64,000 bases of DNA from Mycobacteriales bacterium (lineage in GTDB: Bacteria; Actinomycetota; Actinomycetes; BP-191): assembly GCA_036382875.1 (NCBI GenBank), contig DASVPJ010000044.1, forward strand, positions 159,891 through 223,890, given 5' to 3'. A program made the position numbers and the translations under genes. Of the stretch, positions 18,626-27,346 are shown in pieces. Positions within the stretch are counted from its first letter, which is position 1, and every line of letters starts with the position of its first letter. Under the pieces are notes generated by a model. It searched no databases. It saw nothing but the letters and a program-made list of their open reading frames with translations, and was not told the origin of the DNA.

Positions 18626-19515
18626 CGCGACCGGACCACCTTGCCGACCGCGGAGAAGTCCTCGCGCCCGTAGCCCGCGTCCTGCGCCTCGCGCAGCGCC
18701 GCCCGCGCGACGCGGGTGGAGGCGAGGTCCACCTCGACCCGCGCGGCGTAGTCGAGCGCCAGGTCCAGGTCCTTCGCCATCAGGTCGGTCATGAAGCCGG
18801 GCCGCCAGCCGTTCGACGCCGGCGCGTCGGGCAGCACGCCCTCGAACGGCACCCGCGTGCGCACCGCCGTGCAGTCGCCGGTCGAGTGCAGCAGCACCTC
18901 CAGCAGCGACCGCAGGTCCACGCCCGAGCGGTGCGCCAGCGTGAACGCCTCCGCCGTGGCCTGCATCTGCGCGGCGTAGAGGAGGTTGTTGCAGAGCTTC
19001 ACGACCTGCCCCATGCCGGGGCCGCCGACGTGCACGACGAGCCGGGCGAACGCCGCGAGCACCGGCCGCACCTCGTCCAGCACCGCCGGGTCGCCGCCGA
19101 CCATCAGCGTCAGCGTGCCGTTCTCGGCACCGACCGAGCCGCCGGACACCGGCGCGTCGAGGTAGCGGCCGCCGGCCTCCTCGACGCGCGCGTGCTGGGC
19201 GCGTTCCGCGTCGGGGTCGATCGTCGAGCAGTCCACGACGACCGCACCGGGCCGCAACGCGGGCAGCAGGCCCTCGACCACGGCCGCGACCTCGGGCGAG
19301 GACGGCACGCACAGCACCACGACGTCCGACGCGGCCGCGACGCCGGCCGCCGACCCGCCGTCCACGGCGCCGAACGCCAGCGCCCGCTCGACCGGTCCCG
19401 GCGAGCGGGACGCGACGGTGACGCGGTGACCCGCCTCGACCAGATGGCGCGTCATGGGCAGCCCCATGACGCCGAGCCCGACGAAGCCGACGTCCACCCG
19501 GCTAGGCAACCACAT
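18622..19515 (-). CDS. NAD(P)-dependent oxidoreductase, 3-hydroxyisobutyrate dehydrogenase family
   Basis: Motif '[13 protein letters not shown]' (Rossmann) and the C-terminal 6PGDH-like helical domain. Start is ATG 19515 or GTG 19497. Confidence 0.8.
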   Translation of the reverse strand: MWLPSRVDVGFVGLGVMGLPMTRHLVEAGHRVTVASRSPGPVERALAFGAVDGGSAAGVAAASDVVVLCVPSSPEVAAVVEGLLPALRPGAVVVDCSTIDPDAERAQHARVEEAGGRYLDAPVSGGSVGAENGTLTLMVGGDPAVLDEVRPVLAAFARLVVHVGGPGMGQVVKLCNNLLYAAQMQATAEAFTLAHRSGVDLRSLLEVLLHSTGDCTAVRTRVPFEGVLPDAPASNGWRPGFMTDLMAKDLDLALDYAARVEVDLASTRVARAALREAQDAGYGREDFSAVGKVVRSR

Positions 19516-19533
19516 CGCGGTCCCGCACACAGC

Positions 19534-19566
19534 GGGACCCCCGGAGGGCATCGCCCCGGGGGTCCC
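19534..19566 (-). terminator. Strong GC hairpin (gggacccccgg-N11-ccgggggtccc) between LPXTG gene and downstream operon; overlapping alternative stem
   Basis: 11-bp perfect inverted repeat. The left arm can alternatively pair with 'ggtcccgc' at 19519-19526. No U-tract. Confidence 0.45.
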
Positions 19567-19580
19567 GCGCGTGCGGAGGG

Positions 19581-20627
19581 TCAGGCCGTCACGCGCCGCC
19601 GCCGCGTCGCCGCCTGCAGCCAGGCACCGGCCGCCAGCGCGAACGCCGCGAGCCCGCCGAGCCGCGCCGCAGGCGCGCCCGTCATGGGCAGCGCGCCCGC
19701 GCCGTCCGACGTCGCGGAGCCGCCGGACCCGCTCCCGGACGCGTTGCCGGAGCCGCCGCCGGGGCCGCGCGTCGACCCGCCGGACTTCACCTGGGTCGCC
19801 TGTCCGCTCGACGAGGAGACGCCGGTGACCGTGGTGTCGAGGGGCAGCGGAACGTCGGCGGTCACGGTGCTCGCGGCCGTCTCCGTGGTGCCGTTGCCGG
19901 CGTCGCCGCCGTCCGCGCGGACGCAGCCGACGGTCACCAGGCTCGGCACCGCCACCTCGCACACCGCGCCGAGCTGCTCGTCACTGCCGATCTCGGTGCC
20001 GTTGACCTTGACCAGGTACGACGCCGAGCCGTCCCGCGAGGCCTCCGCGTGCAGGACCGTGACGTCAACCGTGCCGCCGAGCAGCCGTACGTGCGCGCCG
20101 TCGCTGGACGACGAGCCGTTGCTGGTGCCGCCGGTGTGCGAGGCCTCCGACGTCGACTCCAGCAGCACGACCGAGGCGGTGTCCTCGTCGACGACGTACG
20201 CCTCCAGCGCGGCCGCGCGCCCGCGCGCCGTGTGGGTGCCGCCGCTCTCCGACACCTCCGCCTGCCACGGCGCCACGACCACGCGGCCGAGCGGCGTCTC
20301 GCCGGTGTCGAGCAACGACCCGCCGGTCCGGCCGGCGCCCTGCTGCGTGCCTCCGGTGCCGAGCACCGGCTGGCCGTTCACGACGACGACGCCGGCGCTC
20401 GCCGTGCCGCCGCTGCCCGACGCCTCCGCCGCGGTCCGCGAGATCGCGATGAGGTCGCCGACCGTCAGCACCGACGCCTCGGCGGAGCCGGCCGGCGCCG
20501 AGGGCACCGTGTCGTCCGCGCCGGCGGCGGTGGGCACGAGGCACAACGCCACCGCCAGGCCCGCGGCACCGGCCGCCGCCCTGCGGCTCGCGGCGACGGG
20601 GAGCCGCCGCGCTTCTCTCTGATCCAT
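19581..20627 (-). CDS. LPXTG-motif cell-wall anchored surface protein (Ser/Gly/Thr-rich)
   Basis: Signal peptide; C-terminal 'LPMTG' + hydrophobic stretch + 'RRRR'. ATG at 20627 with 'gggaggacgg' RBS. Confidence 0.75.
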   Translation of the reverse strand: MDQREARRLPVAASRRAAAGAAGLAVALCLVPTAAGADDTVPSAPAGSAEASVLTVGDLIAISRTAAEASGSGGTASAGVVVVNGQPVLGTGGTQQGAGRTGGSLLDTGETPLGRVVVAPWQAEVSESGGTHTARGRAAALEAYVVDEDTASVVLLESTSEASHTGGTSNGSSSSDGAHVRLLGGTVDVTVLHAEASRDGSASYLVKVNGTEIGSDEQLGAVCEVAVPSLVTVGCVRADGGDAGNGTTETAASTVTADVPLPLDTTVTGVSSSSGQATQVKSGGSTRGPGGGSGNASGSGSGGSATSDGAGALPMTGAPAARLGGLAAFALAAGAWLQAATRRRRVTA

Positions 20628-20795
20628 TGTCCGTCCTCCCGTAGGGTCCACTTCGTCGACCCGGCGATGCCCGTTCACGGAATCGGCCACGCGGCGCTAC
20701 CGGGTTTCACCGGAAAGCGACAACGGACGTTTCGGAAGTTCGCGCACGAAGGTGGGAAAGGCTGCGTTTCGGGAAACGACGAACCCGCGCGGGAC

Positions 20796-22508
20796 TCAGG
20801 ACTCCTCGGCCGCCGAGGCCTGCTCGCGGTACAGCGCGAGGACGTCCCTGAGCCGGTAGCGCTTGTGCCCGCCGGCGGTGGCGATCGCGGGGAGCCGGCC
20901 CTGCGCCACCCAGTTGTTCACCGTCCGGGGCGACACCCGGAACAGGTTCGCCACCTGCGACGTGCGCAGCAGGTCGTCCGCGTCGGCGGCGTGGCCGATC
21001 CGGTCACGCACGTCGGGCGGGACCGCGCCGAGCTCGTCGCCGTCGACGATCACCAGCGGCATCGCCGCGACGCCGAGGGCGGGCCGCGCCGCCACCTGCC
21101 GTGCGAGCGAGCGCACCGCCTGCCGTTGCGACCAGCCGGTCGCCTTCGGCTCGGCGTCGGCCACCACGACGGCGCCGGTGACGTTGCCGTCCGCGTCGCG
21201 GATCGGTGCCTGCCCGAGGAACGCCACGCCGTGCCGCACGACGACCGGGTGCAGCGCCAGGTCCGGCGTCGCGCGCGCGTCGTCGACGAACGCCCCGACC
21301 GCCCACTCGCCGTTGTCGTCGTAGTCGCGCGCGTCGACGCCGTACGCGCCCTTCACGACCATCCGGTCGCCGTCGCCCACGACGACGAGCCCGATCGAGG
21401 CGTCGCACGTCACGCTCGCGACGAACGCCAGGTCGTCGTACGCCGGCACGCGCCCGATCGGGGTCCGGGTGAACGGCCGCCCCGGCACCCGGGCGCGGCG
21501 CGGCGCCGGCCCGGTGTCGCGGATCTCCTCGAGGCGTTGCGCGGCGGCCGCGAGCAGGCCGTGCGCGCGCACCTCGGTGACCGGCAGCACGCGCCGCAAC
21601 GGCGCCAGCAGCGGCCCCAGGTCGTCGTCCCTGAACCGCGCCGCGGTCGCGGCGGCCAGCCAGGTCAGGTCCTCGACCAGCACGTCGTCGTCGTCGGTCA
21701 GCAGCGCCGCGCGCATCGACCGCAGCACGAGCGGCGCGTAGCCGGCGAACCACTCCGCGCGTACCGGGTCGTCGTCGCCGCGCAGCGTCGCCGCCCACGC
21801 CTGCACCACGACCGCGTCGACCACCGCGAACGGCTGCGCCGCGCCCGGGCACCCGCCGCGTCGCGGCCGGCGCGGCGTCGAGAGGAGGTGTTCCGCGCCG
21901 TCCAGTGAGGACGCCCACGCGTCGGCCCCGAGCGCGGCCGCGCGGCGCGGCGACGTGCCGAACGCCGCGCCGCCGGCCACGACAGGGACGCCGGCCGCGT
22001 GCGCGGCGGCCACCGTGTCGGGCACCTGCGGCAGGCACGCGCGCGTCGTACAGGTCAGCAGCAACGCCGCGGGCGCGGTCCGCGCGAGGTACGCCGTCAG
22101 CTCGGCCGGCGCGACCGGCGGGACGAGCAGCGTGACGCGCCAGCCGCGCAGCGCCAGCGCGGCCGAGAAGATCCGCGCCGGCAGCGTGTGCGCCTCGCCC
22201 TCCGGCACCGTCGCCACGATGCGGCCGCGCTCGCGCGTGGACGCGTGCGACTGCAGGACGGCGGCGACGGCGTTGTCGATCGCGAGGGACACCGCGTGCT
22301 CGGTCGGCACGTCCCACTCGTGGCGCGCCCACCGCTCGCCGACCTCGGCGGCGGCCGGGGCGACGACCTGGAGCAGCGCCTCCTCCGGCGAGAAGCGCCC
22401 GCGCTGCACGGCGCTGAGCAGCGCGGCGGCGGCGGCGTGCTCGTCGCTCGCGAGCGCGTCGACGAAGCCGCGGCGGTTCGGTGGTACGTCGTGCCGGTGG
22501 TGCGTCAC
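20796..22508 (-). CDS. Multidomain regulator: cobalamin(B12)-binding domain + GAF-like domain + C-terminal excisionase/MerR-type HTH
   Basis: N-terminal B12-binding_2 helical bundle and Rossmann-like B12 domain ('RIVATVPEGEAHTLPARIFSAALALRGWRV'). C-terminal 'LLRTSQVANLFRVSPRTVNNWVAQGRLPAIATAGGHKRYRLRDV' HTH. Confidence 0.65.
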   Translation of the reverse strand: MTHHRHDVPPNRRGFVDALASDEHAAAAALLSAVQRGRFSPEEALLQVVAPAAAEVGERWARHEWDVPTEHAVSLAIDNAVAAVLQSHASTRERGRIVATVPEGEAHTLPARIFSAALALRGWRVTLLVPPVAPAELTAYLARTAPAALLLTCTTRACLPQVPDTVAAAHAAGVPVVAGGAAFGTSPRRAAALGADAWASSLDGAEHLLSTPRRPRRGGCPGAAQPFAVVDAVVVQAWAATLRGDDDPVRAEWFAGYAPLVLRSMRAALLTDDDDVLVEDLTWLAAATAARFRDDDLGPLLAPLRRVLPVTEVRAHGLLAAAAQRLEEIRDTGPAPRRARVPGRPFTRTPIGRVPAYDDLAFVASVTCDASIGLVVVGDGDRMVVKGAYGVDARDYDDNGEWAVGAFVDDARATPDLALHPVVVRHGVAFLGQAPIRDADGNVTGAVVVADAEPKATGWSQRQAVRSLARQVAARPALGVAAMPLVIVDGDELGAVPPDVRDRIGHAADADDLLRTSQVANLFRVSPRTVNNWVAQGRLPAIATAGGHKRYRLRDVLALYREQASAAEES

Positions 22509-22597
22509 TCGTGCCTCGGGCTCTGTCCGGTTCAGGGGACGACCTCATGGTTCTCGGCACGAGCCCCGATTCGCGTTCATCACCCGAACGGACCAAT

Positions 22598-22625
22598 CCG
22601 GAAACGCCCGAACGGGAATTTCCGG
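22598..22625 (-). terminator. Candidate hairpin terminator (ccggaaa-N14-tttccgg) downstream of peptidase gene
   Basis: 7-bp inverted repeat about 17 nt after the stop at 22642. Confidence 0.3.
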
Positions 22626-22641
22626 GTGTACCGGTTTTGGG

Positions 22642-24543
22642 CTACGGAACCACGGGCAGCCGGATCGCGCTCGCCTTCGGGCCGAGGTGCAGGGTGACGA
22701 CGCCGCCGGTGTTCGACGCGAACGACCCGCCGGTGGCGTTGGAGAACGTGAACCGCAGCCGGTGGCCGCGCGGCACGACGTAGTCCGTGTACAGCGACGG
22801 GAACCGCGACAGCACCGCGGTGTCCGGCTGCAACGGCGTGCCGGGCACCGGCGTCGACGGCCCGCGCGGCTTCACCGAGTCGCGGACGAGCGCCTGGAGC
22901 CAGGCGTACGTCACCGTCAGCACGTCCTTGTCGTCGCCGTCCCACAGCGTGTCGTCCGGCGTCTGGTCGTCCTCGGCGTCCGGCCCGAGGTCGTCGATGC
23001 GCACCGCGATCGACGTGTCCGGGCCGAGCGCGGAGTACTTCAGGTCGAGCTGCACCTGACCGGAGATGCGCGTCGTCCGGGAGAACGGGGCCGTGGTGAA
23101 CGACACCGACCGCGGCGCCCCCGCGCCGGCCGGGTTGTCCGCCCACTGCACGGTCGACGCCTCGCCGACCGCGCGGGTGCCGAGCGCGCCGTCCTTCGCC
23201 GGGTAGAGCACGAGGTCGCGGCGCGACGCCGGGTACGCGTTGCCACTGACCCAGTTGCCGCGCGCCTGCTGGACCTCGACCGAGCCCTTCGTCAGCGCGC
23301 CGGCCTGCTTGCCCTTGAGGTACTGGAGCCACCAGCGGTGGTTCGCCTCGATGAACCGGTCCGCGAACGGGTGCGGGATCTGGTGGCCGCTCGCCGCGCA
23401 CGTCTCCTCGGTGGGGCAGCGCGGGTCGACGTGGTCGCCGTTGATCAGCCAGAGCTTCTTGGGCAGCCGCTTGGGCAGCGAGAGCCACATGTTGCCGGCG
23501 TTGGACGTCTTGACGTTGAAGTCGAAGATGCCGTGGATCAGGAACATCGCCGCGCGCACCTTGCCGGCGTCCTTGCGGAAGTCGCGCTCCGCCCAGAACG
23601 GCGCCGCCGCGTCCTGGTACGGCGGCGCGTAGCCGCCCGCCGCCACCAGCCCGAGGCTCGCGACGCAGGCCCGCCGCTCGGCGACGTGCACGGGGTAGAG
23701 CGTGTCCTCGGTGCCGGAGTTCTGGATGTCGGTGGCGGCCATGACCGCGGTGAAGCGCGACGGCGTGAGCTGGTGCGACGACGACTGCACGCCGTTCATG
23801 AAGTGGTAGTCGTACCAGGCGTCGATCGCGCGGATCGGGATGACCGCGGCGAGCGCGTCCTTGTGCTTGCCGGAGATCGGCTGCTCGGCCGCCGCGCCCA
23901 GCGCGATCGTGCCGTCGTACGAGCCGCCGGTCATGCCGACCTTGCCGTTGCTCCACTTCTGCTCGGCGAGCCAGTCGACCACGTCGACGGCGTCGAGCAC
24001 CTCGTCGCGGTCGCCGTACGTCTGGCAGCCCGACGAGTTGCGGGTGCCGCGCAGGTCCATCGCGGCGAACGCGTAGCCGCGCGGCACGAAGTACTCGTCG
24101 TACCACTCGGGGAACGCCGTCTGCGCCTTGTCGCAGCCGCTGATGCCGGGGCCGCCGGGCGAGCCGGGGAGGCCGCCGGGCGGGGACTGCGTCGGCGTCT
24201 TGCACTCGCCCTTGTAGCCGCGGCCGAGGGTGTTGAAGTACGGCGACGCCATCATGATCGTCGGCACCCGGGCCGACGTCTTCGGCCGGACGATGTCGAC
24301 CCAGATCTGGTCGACGCCGTTGCGCGCGGTCACCTGCACCGACTCGCGCACCGCGTCCTTGTACGAGTAGCGCACCGGGTCGAGCCGGTCGAGGTCGGGC
24401 AGCCCCGGGGTCTGCGGCGGCGTCTTCGCGTTGAAGTCGTCGGTCGCCCGGGTGCCGCGCGCGGGCGCGGCGCCGGACTGGGCGACGCCGAGCAGCGTGA
24501 CGGCGGCGGCGAGGAGCGGCAGGAGGCGGGGCAGGCGGCGCAT
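22642..24543 (-). CDS. Secreted CocE/NonD family hydrolase / Xaa-Pro dipeptidyl-peptidase (S15)
   Basis: Signal peptide; 'GMTGGSYDG' nucleophile elbow. About 630 aa with the S15 architecture. Confidence 0.8.
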   Translation of the reverse strand: MRRLPRLLPLLAAAVTLLGVAQSGAAPARGTRATDDFNAKTPPQTPGLPDLDRLDPVRYSYKDAVRESVQVTARNGVDQIWVDIVRPKTSARVPTIMMASPYFNTLGRGYKGECKTPTQSPPGGLPGSPGGPGISGCDKAQTAFPEWYDEYFVPRGYAFAAMDLRGTRNSSGCQTYGDRDEVLDAVDVVDWLAEQKWSNGKVGMTGGSYDGTIALGAAAEQPISGKHKDALAAVIPIRAIDAWYDYHFMNGVQSSSHQLTPSRFTAVMAATDIQNSGTEDTLYPVHVAERRACVASLGLVAAGGYAPPYQDAAAPFWAERDFRKDAGKVRAAMFLIHGIFDFNVKTSNAGNMWLSLPKRLPKKLWLINGDHVDPRCPTEETCAASGHQIPHPFADRFIEANHRWWLQYLKGKQAGALTKGSVEVQQARGNWVSGNAYPASRRDLVLYPAKDGALGTRAVGEASTVQWADNPAGAGAPRSVSFTTAPFSRTTRISGQVQLDLKYSALGPDTSIAVRIDDLGPDAEDDQTPDDTLWDGDDKDVLTVTYAWLQALVRDSVKPRGPSTPVPGTPLQPDTAVLSRFPSLYTDYVVPRGHRLRFTFSNATGGSFASNTGGVVTLHLGPKASAIRLPVVP

Positions 24544-24616
24544 CCCGATCCGTTCGTCGCGCGTGCCGTCGCCCCCTGCTCACCGCCCGGGCGGGCCCGC
24601 GGCTCCGCCCCGGCCC

Positions 24617-24690
24617 CCGCCCGATTTCGCGACCCGGTCGCGGCATCCGCACGCGGATGTACGAGAACGCGACCGGGTCGCGAAATCAGC
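24617..24690. repeat. REP-like palindromic element copy 1 (tttcgcgacccggtcgcg...cgcgaccgggtcgcgaaa with nested catccgcacgcggatg)
   Basis: 18-bp perfect inverted repeat around a 26-nt loop that contains a second palindrome. The reverse complement is ~90% identical to the element at 33141-33205. Confidence 0.7.
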
Positions 24691-24726
24691 CGGCCGGCGC
24701 GCCCGCGCCGCGCGCGCGGCCGGCGG

Positions 24727-25209
24727 CTAGTCCGCCACGCGCTCCAGCGTCGCGGACAGGTGGGACTGCAACGGCTGGCCCACGGCGGCCATGTCGACGG
24801 CGTACATGAGCGTGCCGTCCACGAGCCCGTAGAGCCGCTTCAACGCCGTCACCTCCTTGGCCGACGACGTCCGCGCGACGAGGTCGGTGGCCAGCTCGAT
24901 CCGGCTGAACGCCACCGTCCCGTAGTAGATCTCCACGATCCCGGTCGGGTGCGCGAGCACCACCTCGACGCCGTTGTCCGGCTGCGGCCGCCAGTAGCCG
25001 GTCTCGGCGTGCAGGGGCCGGCCGTCGTCCAGCGACCAGGTCCGCTGTGTGTACGCGAGGAACGGCTTGCCGTTGTGCCGGAACGTCACCTCCTCGCCGT
25101 AGCGGAACCCCTCCATCGTCGGGTAGCCGCCCACGCCCTCGCCGCGCCAGGTGCCGAGGAGGAACGCGAGCGGCGCGAGGTCGCCGTGCGGGGCGTTCGC
25201 GTCGTCCAT
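24727..25209 (-). CDS. Nitrobindin/FABP-like (THAP4-type heme-binding, DUF1794) protein
   Basis: 'LAPLAFLLGTWRGEG' N-terminal motif. Internal ATG ('MDDANAPHG') chosen over the upstream extension. Confidence 0.6.
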   Translation of the reverse strand: MDDANAPHGDLAPLAFLLGTWRGEGVGGYPTMEGFRYGEEVTFRHNGKPFLAYTQRTWSLDDGRPLHAETGYWRPQPDNGVEVVLAHPTGIVEIYYGTVAFSRIELATDLVARTSSAKEVTALKRLYGLVDGTLMYAVDMAAVGQPLQSHLSATLERVAD

Positions 25210-25288
25210 GCCGGGAAGGTAACGCGCCCGGCGCGTGTTGCCGCCGCTGAAGCACAATGCTGCCCAGACGACGGGGAGAGGCGACCAC

Positions 25289-26566
25289 GTGAGGCACCGC
25301 GACCGGCCGCGCGACCTGCCGCGGCGCGTGGCGACGATCTCGGTCCACACGTCGCCCCTCGACCAGCCGGGCACCGGCGACGCCGGTGGCATGAACGTCT
25401 ACGTGGTCGAGCTCTCCCGCCGCCTCGCCGCGCTCGGCATCGAGGTCGACATCTTCACCCGCACCACCTCGTCAAGCCTGCCGCCGGTCGTCCCGCTCGC
25501 CGACGGCATCACCGTGCGGCACATCACGGCGGGACCGTTCGAGGGCCTGGCCAAGAACGACCTCCCGGCCCAGCTCTGCGCGTTCACGTCCGGCGTGATG
25601 CGCGCCGAGGCGATGCGCGAGCCCGGCTGGTACGACGTCGTCCACTCGCACTACTGGCTCTCCGGCCAGGTGGGCTGGCTGGCCAAGGAGCGCTGGGGCG
25701 TGCCGCTCGTGCACTCGTTCCACACGCTGGCCAAGGTGAAGAACGCCGCCCTCGCCGACGGCGACGAGCCGGAGCCGGCCGCCCGCGTCATCGGTGAGGA
25801 GCAGGTCGTGGACGCCGCCGACCGGCTCGTCGCGTCGACCGGCGACGAGGCCCGCGACCTGATCGAGCTCTACGGCGCCGACCCGGCCCGCGTCGTCACC
25901 GTCGCGCCCGGCGTCGACCTGGAGCGCTACACACCGGGCGACCGCGCCGCGGCACGCCGCGAGGTGGGGCTCGCGGACGGCGACGTGCTGCTGCTGTTCG
26001 TCGGCCGCATCCAGCCGTTGAAGGCGCCGGACGTGCTGATCCGCGCCGCCGCGCTGCTCGCGGAGGACCCGGCGCTGCGGTCCCGGCTGGTCGTCGCGGT
26101 CGTCGGCGGCCCCTCGGGCACCGGCACCCGCGACCCCGAACGCCTCGACGCGCTCGCCCGCGAGCTCGGCATCAGCGACGTCGTGCGCCGCGAGCCGCCG
26201 GTCCCGCCGGACCGGCTCGTCGCCTACTACCGGGCCGCCGAGGCGGTCGTCGTGCCGTCGTACAACGAGTCGTTCGGGCTCGTCGCCCTGGAGGCGCAGG
26301 CGTGCGGCACCCCGGTCGTGGCCGCGTCGGTCGGCGGCCTGCGGACCGCGGTCCGCGACGGCGGCGTCCTCGTCGAGGGCCACGACCCGGCCGACTACGC
26401 GCGGGTGCTGCGCCGGCTGATCGACTCCCCGGCCGAGCGCGACGCGCTGGGCCGCAACGCCGTCGCGCACGCGCAGGCGTTCGGCTGGCACGCCACCGCG
26501 GCCGGCATCCTCGACGTCTACCGCGACGCGCTCGACGCGCCGCGCGCGCTGGCGGTCAACGAGTGA
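25289..26566 (+). CDS. mshA: D-inositol-3-phosphate glycosyltransferase MshA (mycothiol biosynthesis)
   Basis: '[23 protein letters not shown]' and the GT4 C-terminal '[19 protein letters not shown]'. GTG at 25289 with 'ggggagagg' RBS. Confidence 0.9.
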   Translation: MRHRDRPRDLPRRVATISVHTSPLDQPGTGDAGGMNVYVVELSRRLAALGIEVDIFTRTTSSSLPPVVPLADGITVRHITAGPFEGLAKNDLPAQLCAFTSGVMRAEAMREPGWYDVVHSHYWLSGQVGWLAKERWGVPLVHSFHTLAKVKNAALADGDEPEPAARVIGEEQVVDAADRLVASTGDEARDLIELYGADPARVVTVAPGVDLERYTPGDRAAARREVGLADGDVLLLFVGRIQPLKAPDVLIRAAALLAEDPALRSRLVVAVVGGPSGTGTRDPERLDALARELGISDVVRREPPVPPDRLVAYYRAAEAVVVPSYNESFGLVALEAQACGTPVVAASVGGLRTAVRDGGVLVEGHDPADYARVLRRLIDSPAERDALGRNAVAHAQAFGWHATAAGILDVYRDALDAPRALAVNE

Positions 26567-27084
26567 GCCTCGACCACGTCATCGGCCGCGACCCGGAGAC
26601 TGTCGCGCGGCTCGATGGCGTGATCCGCGAGGCGCTCGACGGCGTCGGCCTGGAGTACGAGCGGGTCGAGGAGGGCGCGTTCCTCGTCAAGCTCGCCGGG
26701 CAGCACAAGCTCGCCACGATGACCTGGCTCGTCGTCGGCGACCACACGCTGCTGGTCGAGGCGTTCTTCATGCGCAGGCCGGAGTCGAACGACGGCGGGA
26801 CGTACGGCTTCCTGATGCAGCGCAACGCGCGGACGTACGGCGTGCACTTCTCCTGCGACCGGCTCGGCGACGTCTACCTCGTCGGGCACGTGCCGCTGCA
26901 CGCGGTCACGGCGGAGGAGGTGGACCGGCTGCTCGGCTGCGTCCTGGAGTACGCGGACACGACGTTCGACGCGGCGTTGCGGCTCGGGTTCGCCGAGAGC
27001 ATGCGGCGCGAGGAGGAGTGGCGGGCCAAGCAGGCGGCCGAGGGCGGCGCCCCGCTACGCCCGATCTTCGGCGGCGAGCCGTAG
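26563..27084 (+). CDS. YbjN domain protein (conserved downstream of mshA)
   Basis: GTGA overlap with the mshA stop; matches the Rv0487-type partner of mshA. Confidence 0.75.
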   Translation: MSLDHVIGRDPETVARLDGVIREALDGVGLEYERVEEGAFLVKLAGQHKLATMTWLVVGDHTLLVEAFFMRRPESNDGGTYGFLMQRNARTYGVHFSCDRLGDVYLVGHVPLHAVTAEEVDRLLGCVLEYADTTFDAALRLGFAESMRREEEWRAKQAAEGGAPLRPIFGGEP

Positions 27085-27142
27085 GGCGCTCCCTCCCCGG
27101 CCGCGTAAAGAGGGTGTCCACCCACTTCCCAGGGAGCCCACG

Positions 27143-27346
27143 ATGACCCGGCGCCTCACCCTCAAGAAGGACTCGCTCGCCCCGCTCACCACCGACGAGC
27201 TCGGCGTCGTCGGCGGCGCCGCGCAGGCGTCCGCCCTGACCTGCTTCACCTGCCTCGGCGACTGCGTCGTGGTCGGCGAGTACAGCGTGATCCTGGTCAC
27301 CGAGTGCTGCTCGGGCCTCCCGACGTTCCCCTGCCCGCGCGGCTAA
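27143..27346 (+). CDS. Cys-rich 67-aa peptide with double-glycine-type leader (candidate RiPP/bacteriocin-like precursor)
   Basis: ATG at 27143 with 'agggagcc' RBS. GC3 near 100%. Leader 'LTTDELGVVGG' fits the double-Gly consensus; the 42-aa core has 6 Cys and many Ser/Thr. Confidence 0.6.
   Translation: MTRRLTLKKDSLAPLTTDELGVVGGAAQASALTCFTCLGDCVVVGEYSVILVTECCSGLPTFPCPRG

Noticed and set aside
21955-25797. 1280-aa plus-strand ORF across the dipeptidyl-peptidase region
   Set aside because: Antisense to the S15 peptidase and nitrobindin-like genes; low-complexity RG-rich translation with no domain signal.
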